Position numbers and translations under genes: made by a program. A stretch of 64,000 nt of DNA from Amphiscolops sp. MND2022 (taxonomy: Eukaryota). Every line of letters starts with the position of its first letter. The first letter of the stretch is position 1. This document shows, one piece after another, positions 34,501 through 46,931 of the stretch. The DNA lies in the NCBI GenBank assembly GCA_964187785.1, contig OZ076418.1, forward strand, positions 26,784,001-26,848,000, in the 5' to 3' direction. The notes under the pieces were generated by a model, which did not search any database, had not been told where the DNA came from, and was given only the letters and a program-made list of their open reading frames with translations.

Positions 34501-37500
34501 CTTTTATATAATAAAAGCCCGACTATTACAGTCACTCGTTTTTAGTCTACGCTTTTCGTAGAAAAACGCAGTCTATTGTAGTAACTTTTTTTTCAAGACC
34601 AACGAAGTGACAGATTTTTATAAGCTTTATAAGCTGGCTTCTTTTAACTGCCACACTAATGTAAGTTGTGCATAGAGGTTAATTAGGATTTTTTTAGGTC
34701 TGCCGAGCAGAAGGACGTGGGTTCGAGTCTCGCCTTAGTCCAAAATTTTTTCTGCATGTTATATCGGCTTTGTGAGACTTTTTTCGCAAATTTTTTAATG
34801 TCTCCAATTAAAAATGCTATGAATTAAGCGGATTCAACTCTATTTATTTTGATAAATATGGAGGAGGTTTGGAGGTAGTAAGTTCGTTCACTGGCTTCCG
34901 AAAAAAAGAGCGTTCTGTAATAGTGAACAATTTTTAAAACGAAGTCTCGACTCAAATTTGACAAGAATAATTATAATTAACCCTAAGTGGACCAGGAAAT
35001 TTCCGGATTCATCCAAAAATCTGGTGCTTAAACTTTAAACTGCAATATCTCCTAAACTAATCAAGTTCGACAAACGATTTATAGCGCGTTCGAAACAAGA
35101 CAATCAGGGCTTTCAATTTGATTTTTGAACTGCTGGGCTAGGGCCCGTTAGCACGGACCCCTTGCGCGCAAAGTCGTCCGCTGGTGTGCGGCTTCGCCGC
35201 ACTGACTCCGGACTTTCCACCCAAACTTTGCACGCCTCGTGTCTCTGACTGTATATCAGCATGTTTCAAAACATGCTAGGGCCAGTTTGACCTAATGTTA
35301 ATACCAGTGGGATAAAGTGGCCATAAACGAAAACTGAAAAAAAAACGGAACATTTGCGCTGATTTTTTTTGGATTTTTTGGTCCTGTTTTCTTGATTTTG
35401 GAGGCAACATGTCAATATTCCGTGAAAATGCATGAAATGCTATGTAATATCGTCTGAAAATCTTATTCTAGAGTTTTCTTTACCATAGGACAGCTGGTTC
35501 GTTTAGAAGTTTGCAGAAACTAACTGGTACGAATTCGTACCAATGGTCCATTTAGGGTTAACAGTTCATGTTCCCTTTCCAGTCCTACTTATCTGGATTA
35601 CCCACCCGTCTGTTTTTTAGCTGATGATGTCGACTCCTCCATCGAAGGCAGTCTTGCGGAAGGTGGATCATCAGTCAGTTTTTACAATGCCATGGAGTCA
35701 GTCGAAATTGAAGCTCTCGAGTTGGTGCGTCAGTACGCGGTGACTGCAGATGTTCCTGATAATGGACCCGAAACTCTGGGGGTTGTTAGTTCTGGAAGCT
35801 TCAGCTCAGATGAAGAGTATGACTCAACTACAGATGACAACGAAGCTGCTGCTGCTGCTGAAGAACAGGAGCCTCTTCAAGTTGAGCAGGGTTGGCTGAC
35901 TTCAACTAAGAGAGTTTAGATTCGGTTGAATTTCCATTACTTGAAGAGTAAAAAATTATTGATCATAAGTATAATTCAGATCAACGTGTGAAAGTGAAAA
36001 AGTCAAGCTGGCGTTCATGAAAAATTTTGATCGACGCTTTCTGGTAAAAAGGCAGATAATTGAAATTTTTCAAGAACCCACGAGTTGATGACTGTTTAAT
36101 TCTTAAAATATTCATGTTCAAATGTTCTAACGCATGCCAGTGTAAAAAGTGCGTTTTGCATGCCTGACTGGTCGATTGATTAGCAATGAATCTTTTTGAA
36201 GAGTTCAAGTACTGCTAGGTACGAAAATTCTCGAAGCTGAGATTTTTTGGAACTTTCTTTGCAACGGATAATTCGCATCTTCTAACAACTTTGCGCTTTT
36301 TGACTTCGAATGTTCAGTGTTTTTCTCAATTCTTGGATTTTTCGCGTTTTTGCGTTGTCTTGAGAAAGACAATTTTTTGCATTTACATTAGATGAATAAA
36401 AGTCTAGAAATTCGTTGGCAAAAACTCGACAGGCGGAAAACAATCAAGTCATAATCAACCGAATAGAGCTCTAAGGGATGGAATGAATCATTTTTGGCCG
36501 TTAACGAGGCTTCATTTTTGAATCCAAAAAAGCTGGTTCTTTATAACCAGTTTTTCTTAGATTTCATTAAATAAGTAGTTTCGACATGAGGTGGGTTTTT
36601 GCCAATCCTGGATTTGAAACCACTAACAGCAGCCAATGAGAATGAAGAGGAAGAAGACGACAGAGGTCTGCTAGCTGCCGCTCTGTACGTGGAGAGGCGA
36701 CGTCGCAATGTGAGGTGGCAGAACTTCTTCGGCTACTTTCGCAGAGACCGAGGGGGCATCCTCAGAGAGATAGACGACACAGACGTGCCTGGCCTCTCGG
36801 TCGATCAGATCAATGACATGAATTTCGATACCAGGCATGCTCACAAAATCTTTGCAAAAGTATTACAGGAAACATGCAAGGTTTTTCTGCTAGAGAACAT
36901 GCTAGATTTTTGAAATCATGTAATATTTTTGAAAATATGGTAGTTTACAAAACAGGCGTGAATTTTGTTTGTATTCTGTGAAAAAACTAACAAGAGTGAA
37001 ACCAAGCAATAGCTTGATGGATTTCGGAGCTTTGGAAAAACTACCATTTCCGCTGATAACTTTTTCACAAATAGTAGTGCAGATGAAGTAGCCTAAGGTT
37101 ATAGATGAACTGTGTGAAAGCTCACTACGGTTAAAAGAATGAAGTCTAGCCGCATAAAGTCAAATTCAACGTCTAAGATGTCAAAACGATTGCAAAATGG
37201 CATTTTTGGTTGAAAAATTTTTAGAATTGCATTTAGCTCACAAATGTCGTTGAAAGTTATAACGACAGTTATTACGATAGTGACAAGTGACCATTTTTGT
37301 CCGATTTCTATCAAAAATGACGATATTTAATCTTTCGACTTAGCAAATTTTCTTCGGATGAATTCTCTTCTCAAAGGAAAACTGAGTCTCCTGTAAAACC
37401 GTGCTACCATTCCATTTCAAAACACTCCAGATTTGAATAGAATTAGGTTTTTATTTACCGTGAAAATTGAATTTACGTTTTAAGATTGGTTAGAAATTCT

Positions 37501-40500
37501 CGAAAGGTTATGTTTTTATGCGCAATTTTTGTCGTATTTTTCGACACAAAACGTTTCTCAGAAAAACTTTCGGTATTATGCTATAACGCAGTTTACTGTG
37601 GTTTTTGGTCTCGCACCAGCCAATAACAGCAGATTTTGATCAAATGTAGCTTAATCATTTGCTGAGAAACCTTTTTCAACGTCACTTTAAAATCCATTCT
37701 TTCAAAACGCCAATGTACGTGATCACTGTGTAGAATTGATCATAGTCTGAATCAAATTCAAGGTTGCATCTGAAAGTACTTTGTATTCCAAAGTGAGCAT
37801 CTCTCTTCCTTTCTTTCTGGGTTAGTTTGCCAGAGAGGCACCAGTACTTGGGAGACGATATGGAGGTGAATTCGGGCAGAACTGTTCGTCTGGAGCGAGA
37901 CATTGCTACTCTTCCTTTCATCGCCCAAAGCTCCATCGTTCTACTTCCCAAACAGTCCATTCCAATGTTAGTTTCCATTCCAAAATCCCTTTTAATAATG
38001 TTTCTGCGTAAATTGAGATGTTACAGAAGCCGTAAATGTGATCTTTTTCAGACTTCGATCGTCTCTCACTTTCGTCGTCAATTCTGGTAGCAGCCAATTC
38101 TATTTTACTATCACAACTAGTTCAATCTGCGGCAACGATTGTCTGCTACAGTTGACTTTTTCGCAGTCACCTGTTTATTCAAATTTCCTAATGTCGAAAA
38201 ATTAAGTGCTTATGTGAAAGCTAAAAGTTTTGAAGTAGCTGTTTCTCAAATATTGTGTCATTTAATGATCTAGTTCCATTAATCCGTGTTTTGACGTATC
38301 AGTTTTTAGCCTTTATATTCATCTAGTTCTTTATATTCATCTAGTTTTCAATAATGGATAATTTTAGGCTTAATTTGTAGCCTAAGTTGGCCGCAAGACA
38401 TTAGCTTTAGGAACTCTCATTATGTATGTCGTGATCTTTGATAACCCTTCTCAAGTTGTCATTCTATCCCAGGTCCGTAAATTGATTTTAGGATTGATTT
38501 TTTTAGGATTCCTCTGGTTTTAGGTACTTTAATCGCCAGAGAGACGTGGCCCTATTTCGAAGCATACTAGCGGGTGATAAGACGTTTGTCCTGCTGCCAG
38601 TCCTAGAATCCCACCCCCATTCTTTCTATCGCAGCTCAGCCAGGGCGTACGCCAATTTCGGAACTGTGGCCGAGGTTGTCATGTCGGCCGAAGACGATGA
38701 CCAGGAAGTGTTCAAAGTCGTGGCTGAAGGCCGAGAACGTTGTGAGGTCTGTACTAATTGTTTAGGCACTTACGATTCGATTGTATTCTCTCGAATTCTA
38801 ATTTTTTCCCGGAGATACATGATACAAATGTCCGTCGCAGAGCGAAAAGAAGAAAGATTTGGTCAGAAATTTTAAATATTTAATATCTCCCTAAATACGC
38901 TCATCAGAGAAACGAACGTCCTATCGTGGGCTTGAAAGGTTTAAAATTGGGTTTTCTTTTTGATTTGGTGAGCCCTTGTCGCCTCGCGCCCGTTCTCCAA
39001 AATATTTGTTTTTGTCGTACCAAGTTGAAAAAAAATTGATGCGCTGCCTTAAAGTATTGCTGGTTTAATTCGTGATTAGAACTGTCATTGATAATGAATA
39101 GCGGTTTTCAACTCATAAAAGCCCAATAATATTTTACAGGTGTTAGAACACCTGGAAACGTCAACACCTGATGGAGTTATCAAGTCAGTGAGAGTTCGGA
39201 TCCTGCCAGATAACAATTTGCCTTACAACATGTTCCATTCTTTGGAAGAGAGCTTCTCTCTGCAAAGTGCTTCTAGTCACAAACTTCGTCAGCTGTGTCA
39301 GTCTACAAGAGTTCCTGTGTGGGTAGTCTGTCTTTACGACGTGTATCGCATTATGCGCCAAATAAGAAATGTCTTGAGCCAATTGTTCATGAATGAAAGT
39401 GGAATGGCAAAGTTGTCAGAAGATCCCAGTGATTTTTCCTTCCTAGTTGCAAGTTTTTTGCCCCTTTCGCACCGTGTGAAGTACAAGCTGCTGAGTTGTG
39501 GGTGTGCTTTGCAAAGGTTGAACTTGGAACTGCAGTTTTTGAAGCATTGTCAGTACTTGTTTTGTGTTGTGTGCAAGCACAAGATAGCATCTATCTCCGA
39601 GATCATTGTCATGTCCAACACTGGTGCCTTGGCTACTTTTGTCAACCCTGGGGGCATCATCTACGAGACACTGACGTTGAATAAAATTTGTGGCAAAGTC
39701 ACATGTGTGGGAATTCCTCAGACTGAAAACAGGTTCGATTTAGTTGTCATTAGAGCATGCACCAGATATAATTTAGCTTAATCGATTCATCGTTCAAAAT
39801 AACCGTTGAACAGGCATCATATTCGTTCACCAAAGAAAGGCGATTCTGAACAAAAAATTGTTGCCATTAATATTTCAACTGAAAGTCAATCGAATGATCA
39901 TTGCAGAAAATAGCTTCCGCGAACTTTACCAAAATATGACCGAAAGTTTACGAAATTTTGTCTGAACCGGCTGTTGTAGCCTTTCATTTGTACTTCAGTT
40001 TGTTTTTAGACCATTGTAGGGAGCATCTGCTCATTGATTGGGCTCGGGTCTAACTGTCAACTACTTATCGCTGTAATCGTTTAATTTTTAAAAATCGATT
40101 AAGATAATTTTAACCAATTAACTGGACCAGGATATCGTTGGCATTCAATCTCGGATATATCTGTAATTATGCTTTTTAAGCCAGTTAAATGAAATGTTCA
40201 GGTCAGTTTGTTAATGTCCAGTTGAATGAAATTCAACCGATCTTTCTGGAAAATCGGTGTTTGGCACGGAAACCTAATCAACATTGTTAAAACTTTTACG
40301 CTCAAAGTTCCTGAAAATGCCCTGGGACGAATACTATATAATTAGCGATGATGCTTGAATAAATTGGGTTTGAAAACAATAAAAAATGAATCATTTATCT
40401 AATCGTTTTTTGAATCGAATTGTTTCACTGATGACTGAACCCCTTATTATTTCTGCGATAGCAGGAATAATATAGAAATCTCCCGAAAGATGCAACTTTT

Positions 40501-41481
40501 TTTCAGCCGACATCTCGCGATACGAGTACCTAATGAAAAATTCAGATATTTTGTTCGGCAGTGAGTATAAGATTTAAATTTTTCAAGCTGCCGACGACAA
40601 TTCAATTTTCGTGCGAAGAAGCAAGCAAGTGTGAATTATGCATTCGTGCGCCGAATTCATTAAAATGAAGCGAATGATTGTTAATTATTCGTTCGCCGAA
40701 TGCGAAACTTCGTCTACACTTAGTGGTTATATTTGCTTTAGTCCGAGAAGAAATAAAGGCGGTGTAAACTGATACTCGATTAATTGTGCGCTATATAATG
40801 ATTAAACAGGAGTGTTGGTTTTTCCAGATGAGGACTCTATTGTTGGCACTGATCATCACTGGCGAAATGATCATCCTTTCTGGCTGTAACTAGGGGTGCG
40901 CCGGACATCAAGACCGGTCCGGTATCCGGTCTTTTGACGGAATTCGGCAGGACAAATATCTTGGCAAATGATCGCACATCTCAGATAAAACTGCTTGAAG
41001 CTGCCATAATTTTATTTTAAAAATTTCCAAGATTTTGATGTTGAACAAATATAGAATAATTTTTCCATTATTTAGGAATAAACGTTTACTTTGTTTTTCA
41101 TAATACTCCTTGTCCAATTTCAGAAAGAGTCTGTCATCGCTTATAGTTGAGGATCCGGTCCGGTCAGTATCCGGCTTCAATCAGTCCTGTCCGGCCGGGT
41201 GGAAATCTGGCTGTAACAAAATTTACTGGGTACAAAAGTAGGCGTGAAATAGTTTCTCCGAAATTGAAGTTGACGAATGTTTCAGTTGGTTCCCGGGCTA
41301 CGCTTGGACACCTGCGTCTTGTAGTGGCTGTCATTGTCACCTGGGCTGGCTCTTCACTCGAGCTCGCAGCTCTGCCAAGACCCTCAAACCCGAACGTTTT
41401 TGGGGCATCTCAAACAACGCTTTGTGTCCCGAGGGCAACGTAGAAAACTTGCTTCTAAACTTGGCTACTTCAACTTCCTAA
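31503..41481 (+). CDS. CRBN: Cereblon, 7 coding exons: 31503-31653, 35621-35890, 36630-36834, 37826-37966, 38524-38746, 39140-39732, 41286-41481 (1779 nt, 592 aa)
   Basis: Spliced product NFDTSLPERHQYLGDDME...FGTVAEV...EGRERCEVLE...ILPD...CALQRLNLEL...CVVC...FVNPGG.IYETLT...[27 protein letters not shown]...FWGI matches the cereblon LON-like plus CULT architecture; all intron phases are compatible; exons 1-2 are inferred from splice sites and phase only. Confidence 0.92.
33707..33800 (+). repeat. tRNA-derived (Pol III A/B box) SINE-like or pseudo-tRNA repeat, copy 1, in CRBN intron 1
   Basis: A-box-like TGGCATAGAGG, B box GGTTCGAGTC, T-run near 33785; no canonical cloverleaf. Confidence 0.6.
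34670..34761 (+). repeat. tRNA-derived SINE-like repeat, copy 2
   Basis: Direct repeat of 33709-33800 with the same B box. Confidence 0.6.
40891..41205. mobile_element. Possible truncated non-autonomous DNA element in the last CRBN intron
   Basis: Flanked by the 12-bp direct repeat TCTGGCTGTAAC (40879-40890, 41206-41217); starts TAGGGGTG; CCGG-rich subterminal motifs at both ends; no matching right TIR. Confidence 0.4.
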
Positions 41482-44108
41482 TGCAAACTTTTGGGACATC
41501 CAATCTATCTAGAAGCGTCACCTTGCTGTGAATGAATGAATTATAAACTTGCTTTAGCGTTTCCAAACTTTGTAGTTCTTTTAGTAGTATTGTTAGATGA
41601 CTGTTCCGAAGAAATAAACTAAAATTCAATGTAGATCCCAACTAGATTCTGTGGTGCTATAATTTTCCTTGCTGTATGTTTCTGTGGAGTAGGGGTAGAT
41701 AGAGCTTTGTTTGATGAGAATTTTTCAATAGCCTGTGTGCTCCCTACTAAATGCAGGTTTGCTACGAATTCAAAGTTTTTACTTGTTTCATTTTTTGGCT
41801 ATCTTGCAAATTGAAGCGACGTATTAGTGAGATACGAAAGGTAAAGTTAACTAGACTGATTCAATCTTAGCCTGTTGTATTTTTCAAAAAAAAGTTTTAG
41901 GTGAGAAATTTTTAAATGAAAATCAATATACTGTTCAATGGATTTCATTTTGAACTTAGTTTTGCTATTTTCCCAATTTTCAAACCCATTTCATTGCACT
42001 CTAGCTGTATTGGAAATCTAGTAAGATACACAATTTTTGAATATCTAGTACGATTGCTTTTCTTGAAGCGAAAAATGCGGCTAAATGGTCAAAAATTGGA
42101 AGATTTCAGTATTATTAGGTACCTTTGGGTCATTTTTATAGGCAATTTTTTCCGAGAAAAAGTTCAAAATTTTACCTTAATTTGTTTAAATGTTTCATTA
42201 GTCTCTAACGACGTATACTTCAGAAAAGAGGCCACTTGAAATTGCCTAGGAAGGAAGTTATGAACGTTTGTACTTTCTGATCCGCAAAGTTTATTGAAAA
42301 TTGATAAAACTAAAATTGAGAAACAAAATTGTCAAAAATTGCATAAAACTAAAAAAAAATAAAAAATACAGGACTTTGTCTTTTTGGTCATTTTGGATCA
42401 TTCTGAGATCAACCAAAAAGTCCAAAAATCTCAACAAAAGCATATTGCATGAAATTAAATTTTTGTCAGTTGAATTCTATGGATGAAACCCTTCAGTTTG
42501 GGTATTAATTTGAAACTGTACCAAATTTTGGAACAAAATGCGACTGATGTAAATATTCTCCTTTTGCATACGAAATTTGGACGGAAAATACCGACTAAAA
42601 CAGAGTCGTCTCCACTTAGTCCATTCTGAGCATCATAGTTTAAAATCTAAACTCGTCTTTAACATTTATCTGTGGTTGCAAATCCCTGCATTGAATAGAA
42701 TTAATTGAAATTCTGTTTAGAATATGGAGCGAAGAATGACCACGAAATCTCTGAACTTCCTTCGCTAGCATATGGATGTTATTGATTAACTATTCTATTC
42801 TTTATTTTTTTCAAAAATAAAGATCATACCATAGCGAAGGAGAAGAGAAAAATTGTTTGGAAAACGAGAAACGCTTGAAAGTTGACAATTTTCTAACGAG
42901 ATCGCGCCATTTTGAATCATCGAAATAGTTTTTTCCGCCCATGAGAAAAGGAAATTTTTGCCGGGTTTTTCAAATTGACATGTTCTAAATTAATACTCTT
43001 CGACAGAGTTCAACTATCATAAAATAAGGTTCGTAACATATGTATTTGTTGACCTTTTTGAACTTTTTTTAGAATAAACGCCACAAGATACCTACCTAAA
43101 GTTTCAAAACTTTGCTGTTTTTGACCATTTAGTTGCGTTTGTACAGTTTTCTTTTTTTTTAGTTTGCACAGAGTTCAACAACTTAACAATTACTACTTAG
43201 CGTACTCTTGTATACAGAGACTTTTTCAAATGTAGTTTCAAAATTAACAAAAAAGTGGCAAATTGTTTCATTTTCAGCCGTTTTTCGTATATTTTTTGAT
43301 GTTTTGTGGACATGAGTTTCCTCAGTGTCCAACAACAAAACAACTTAACTTTGCATACTTATGTTTAGAGAAAAATAAGCGTTATTTCTCAATAAAGGGA
43401 TAAATTGAACCGATACGTGACAAAGTTTTCATTTTTGTGAGCTTTTACGCTCGAGCCTCAAGATTTCAAATAGTTTTTACAATCGAAAAATGTATCATCT
43501 GCCGGACGATTCATTAAAATTTCTGAAATTGACTGTCAATGTGTTCGAGAGCTTTTTTACTTAATTGCACTAATTCTTCTACAGCTAACGCGAGCATGTT
43601 CAGTATTTTGAGCACACGTTGCAGTACGATACAAGAAAATACAAAACACTAAGGCTCAGAACGTTCAAATCAATTCATCTTCTGTGCAAAAGAAGTGAGC
43701 TATCTACTTAATTTCTCTTCTGTTGAGCTGAATTGCAGTTGACCCGAGCGTAAAATTTATTATAGTTAAGTTTGATAGATTGACAATACATTAAAGGTGC
43801 GTACCTTTCAACATATATATTTTGCTTTTAACTGCCGAAAAATGCCGGATCGCGTTAAATCTTGTTTCTCACCCCCGTAACATTGAAATTACTTTCATTT
43901 GAAAATCAACTTTTTCATGAACAAAATTACTTCGCATGGAGAGATTTCTATTATAATAAAGCGGATCGTTTACGAATTTGACGTCTTCAGCCAAAAGAAA
44001 ACGGGAAAAGCATAAACGGGAATACTGAAAAATGAGTAAGATCACAATTATGGTCGTAAAATATCCCGGTGCTTAACGGGAGTCTTCCCAGGTTTTCGAT
44101 CTTTGCGA

Positions 44109-44200
44109 ATCTGTGCAGATCTGCAGGATTTTTGCAAATCTTTACAGATATGTGCAGATCTGCAGGATTTCTGCAGATCTTTGCAGATATGTGCAGATTC
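44109..44200. repeat. 39-bp tandem repeat, about 2.3 copies
   Basis: atctgtgcagatctgcaggatttYtgcaRatctttRcag repeated; a related motif recurs at about 44325-44360. Confidence 0.7.
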
Positions 44201-44450
44201 GAAGAAAAATAACCTACTCAGCAACACAATAAAAACCCCACAGCGATGTCAAACGAATAAAAAATTGTTTAAAATTCGAGAGAAGTCTCATTTGTGTCAA
44301 ATTGATGAAACATTTTTCTGCAGCAATCTGTACAGATCTGTGGAGTTTTGCAGATCTTTAGAGAACCAATAAATTACTATAACGTATCCCGAGATACCAG
44401 CCTCTTAAGACAATTGTTTAGGTAAACGACGTGAGAAGTAAAAGATAAAC

Positions 44451-46931
44451 ATGAGCAATGGAAGTAACTCGGGCAGCTCAAAGTGTTCATCTGCTGAAAC
44501 TGAGATAGACGGCATCAGTAATGACGACATTTCAGTTTTCACTGTTTCCACTGCTATCGACACGAGGTATTATCACACTCTGTTAGCACAAGAAACGAAC
44601 GGTTAGTGTCGTCTATTGATAAAATTAAATTGAATCAGTGAAATTTTAATGCATGGAAGTCTTCCTAAACTAGTTGAGCCAGAAAAAGAGGATCACGCAA
44701 AGTAAAGTGAAGTTTATATAATTAGTCAGTTATCCAAAATGGAAAACAATTTAAAAACTAACTAGTAAGGGCAAAATACCAGCATTTCTGCTCCAACAAC
44801 CCTTACCCCCAAAGTAGTTTTTCGTCTCTCTCAATATCCTAAATATTTCTCATTTTTGCCAAAAATGTTTGCTCCAAAATCGCGTTTGGTTAGTCAATCA
44901 TTCAGGGTGACAACTTTTGACTGCAGAAAATCAATCTTCACACATTTAAAAATCTTCACACACAGTGGGAGGTAGTTTCATATGCAAAGACAACTGAAAC
45001 TGAAAAGACAGGCTGAAATTACTAGACATCGCTACCAGCCATTTCATTCTTTTTCAATGTGTGAAAGTTCTTTCGCTTCAACGGAAAGTTGTCAATTTGA
45101 ATGGATACTTTTTCAAAGTGTGAACCTAATTAAACATGAGGTTCCAAAACAAAAAGGGGTTGAGTTTTCTATATTCGACAAAATGTTGAATTTCCGCTCT
45201 GAATTTTCTTCTGTTGAATTTTCGGAGAGAGTGACAAGTGTGAGGAGTGAGTTTTTTGTATCAAAATGGTGCAGATTATGACAGGTATAGCTGAAAGTTG
45301 CAGTTGTGGTTGACATTATTCTAATATGTTTTGTTCGTCAATGCCTCCCAAAAACGTTCAGAATTTATGGCACAAAAATTATGAGGGTTTTTATGTAGCA
45401 TGAAGCCATCAAGTGTTGTAGCGAAGTCTATCATTTGTGAATCGACAGGGGTCGACAGGGGTTTTTCCTTAATCTTGTTTTTTAAAAAAATTTAGCGGAT
45501 GGAACTCAAGCTTTGCAGAACATGCTGTCGAAAGGACTATCAACGCATGACAAAATTCCATCTGATATTAGTGTTGAAGTTCTCAGCTTGACCTACAGCG
45601 AGAAAACCAAGCTTATCTATGCTACCAGCGGAAAGCAAGTTGGTTCGTTCAATTGGGACGGGAAAAGGGTAATTCTCAAGGATAGACTCAGGCAAAATAG
45701 TGAAGTTATTTTCCAATGTCTCGCTTTGGGCCCCATTGATCAGCAAAAACCTTCAGAAGATTCGTTATATCTGTCAGTCGGATACGGAGCCAATGTCGGG
45801 ATTGGATCAAAAAATATTTTCAATGCGTCTTTATCTTTTCCTAGTGTGATTTTTTCGCGCAGCTGCCGATCATTCAAAACTACATTCGAGTTGGTTTTTT
45901 TTGGAAGACTTTCACATGATCCTGCCAGGATGTCATGATTTTAGCAAGATCTTGCACAATCGTGGGAATATTTCGCGAACATTTTTTGGGGAACATTTAT
46001 CTGTTGAAATGAATTAGAATCCATTTTTGATGTTTTCATTCCAGCTGAAAATCTAGTTCCCTAGCTCCAAATAAAGTATTTCATTCGATTTTGAAACAAG
46101 AGATTTTTCCAATTTTGGCCAAATTTGAGGCATTTCTGTCAAATTGGTATCCGTCTTGAGATTTTTTGTCCTAAATGTGTCATGAAACTTAAGGGTCCGC
46201 AGTCATTTTCCAGGAACTTGTGCGCAAGTATATCAAAATAGATCCAATCTTCGGCCAAGGTCAACAAGAAGATCCTGCTGCTTACCGGTTCTAAACTGCA
46301 GAATGAGGCGTTGGTGGAAACGGAAGAAGTGAAAGAGAAATGTGATGTTTGGAAGATAGCGTCAAACTCGTCTGGAGATCTGCTCATTGTCTATCCGCAA
46401 CCCACCGATTCGTTTTATGTGTATGTCTATGGAGTTTTGAGGAAGAAGATCAAACTTGATGCTACAATTTGCAAGGGCATTTCTCAGATTCAAATAAATG
46501 GTGACAAGTTGATTCTTGCAAGCGACTGGGCGCAAAACGTCAGTGTTTATGAAATGATTGTGAGTCCCACCGAATGTTCAATCAAGACCAGTAACGCTTT
46601 TGGGCCTGTTTTGGCACATGATGGCTGTTTCGGAGCTTTGAAGCTAGATTCAAATGTGAATGACATTTTCATCATTACAAAAACGGGGGGTACAGAAGCT
46701 TCGGCGTTCAAGTACCGCAATGGCAACAAAAACGCGAGTTGTAAGATTGACTTGAAAACATACATGGCCCCTATGCATGCAGTTGCTTCACAAGACCATG
46801 CTGGTAACCCATGTGTACTTCTGATTGGTCGAAATAACTACAAGCATTTATGTGCTGTTGAGTTGAAACGCAAAAGAAAGGAAAATGAAAAAACTGGCGG
46901 AAATCCTCAGCCAGATTGTAAAGTTCTATAA
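44451..46931 (+). CDS. Uncharacterised protein, probably beta-strand rich (propeller-like), ending in polybasic stretch plus CaaX (CKVL); exons about 44451-44601, 45496-about 45795, about 46242-46931
   Basis: Exon 1 ATG...AAC G|GTTAGT and acceptor tttag|CG at 45496 are phase compatible; the frame is open from 46242 to the TAA at 46931; the exon 2 donor is not resolved. Confidence 0.6.

Noticed and set aside
42060-43170. Imperfect inverted repeats about 1 kb apart as a MITE
   Set aside because: Similar AT-rich segments occur in both orientations without defined termini or TSD; treated as unclassified repeat debris
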